DNA from: Candidatus Vampirococcus lugosii
Lineage (GTDB): Bacteria; Patescibacteriota; Gracilibacteria; Absconditabacterales; Absconditicoccaceae
Assembly (NCBI RefSeq): GCF_018420025.1
Contig: NZ_JAEDAM010000011.1
Coordinates: 1 to 19,632, forward strand
Direction: 5' to 3'
DNA: 19,632 nucleotides
Of the stretch, positions 19,316 to 19,632 are shown piece after piece; position 1 is the first letter of the stretch, and every line of letters starts with the position of its first letter. Position numbers and translations under genes: made by a program. The notes below the pieces were generated by a model. It was not told the DNA's origin and made no database searches. It worked only from the letters and a program-made list of their open reading frames with translations.

Positions 19316-19632
19316 ATGCAAGAACAAAATCATCTACAAAACATACTTTACAATCTTTGATATGAGATAAATAAAGATTGAAATATAGAAAATAAACTAA
19401 ATTTTTCTTGATACAAGATAAATAATTATTTTACTTCACAAATTAAAGATTGGAAACAACAAGTAGAAAATAAAGAAGATATCTTAAAAGAAATAGATAA
19501 TTTTTTATCATTTTATTTTGATGGATGAGATTTTGGATATTTTAAAAATAAGTATGATAATTATTCTTATAGACTTGAATATTCTTGAGAAGATACAAGT
19601 TTTATATGGTCAAGTAAAGACAGTTTCTATAT
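19316..19632 (+). CDS. hypothetical protein, N-terminal 105 codons only (runs off the right edge)
   Basis: ATG 19316, open to the window end with 6 in-frame TGA and no TAA/TAG. Translation: MQEQNHLQNILYNLGYEINKDGNIENKLNFSGYKINNYFTSQIKDWKQQVENKEDILKEIDNFLSFYFDGGDFGYFKNKYDNYSYRLEYSGEDTSFIWSSKDSFY.. No family recognised. Confidence 0.5.

Noticed and set aside
1-19632. TGA = Trp (table 4, Mollicutes-like), suggested by the low GC and the CIRCE-clpB link
   Set aside because: TGA falls on invariant glycines: both Walker A GxxGxGKT loops, the GH23 A-x-G-L-x-Q motif and the Gly linker in the A2M. TGG is separately used at conserved Trp positions (LTTW, AYW). Reading TGA as Trp would break these motifs.
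1-19632. A region of pseudogenes riddled with stop codons
   Set aside because: Only TGA interrupts the frames. TAA and TAG are completely absent from nearly 18 kb of the proposed reading frames and occur exactly at sensible gene ends.

Overview
Very AT-rich window (by eye about three quarters A+T). The standard-code ORF track is nearly empty because TGA is a sense codon here. TGA sits at invariant glycines: both ClpB Walker A loops, the GH23 A-x-G-L-x-Q motif and a Gly run in an alpha-2-macroglobulin. TGG still encodes Trp. This fits translation table 25, known from Gracilibacteria and Absconditabacteria/SR1 (CPR/Patescibacteria). I re-read all frames by hand with only TAA/TAG as stops. That gives ten ORFs (eight complete, two running off the window edges) covering about 90% of the window. 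They are: a partial small ORF (<1..253, -); two secreted or membrane-anchored Cys-rich proteins (298..969 and 996..1829, -); a 93-aa protein plus a 590-aa leaderless lytic transglycosylase (2060..2341 and 2381..4153, +); a 1376-aa ORF (4443..8573, -); clpB (8998..11604, +); a class A PBP (11726..13411, -) directly downstream of a 1895-aa alpha-2-macroglobulin with an intact CTEQ thioester (13451..19138, -); and a partial unknown ORF (19316..>19632, +). The 1376-aa ORF stands out. It is built from 32 head-to-tail 111-bp (37-codon) units, each with about six TGA-encoded glycines. It resembles no family I recognise, and standard-code gene calling would miss it. Smaller signals: a CIRCE-like dyad over an extended -10 upstream of clpB, a bidirectional terminator after clpB, and an 18-bp GC-rich near-palindrome in the A2M-divergent intergenic region. 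I saw no tRNA, rRNA, CRISPR array, transposase or integrase. All coordinates, counts and translations are hand-derived and should be recomputed.
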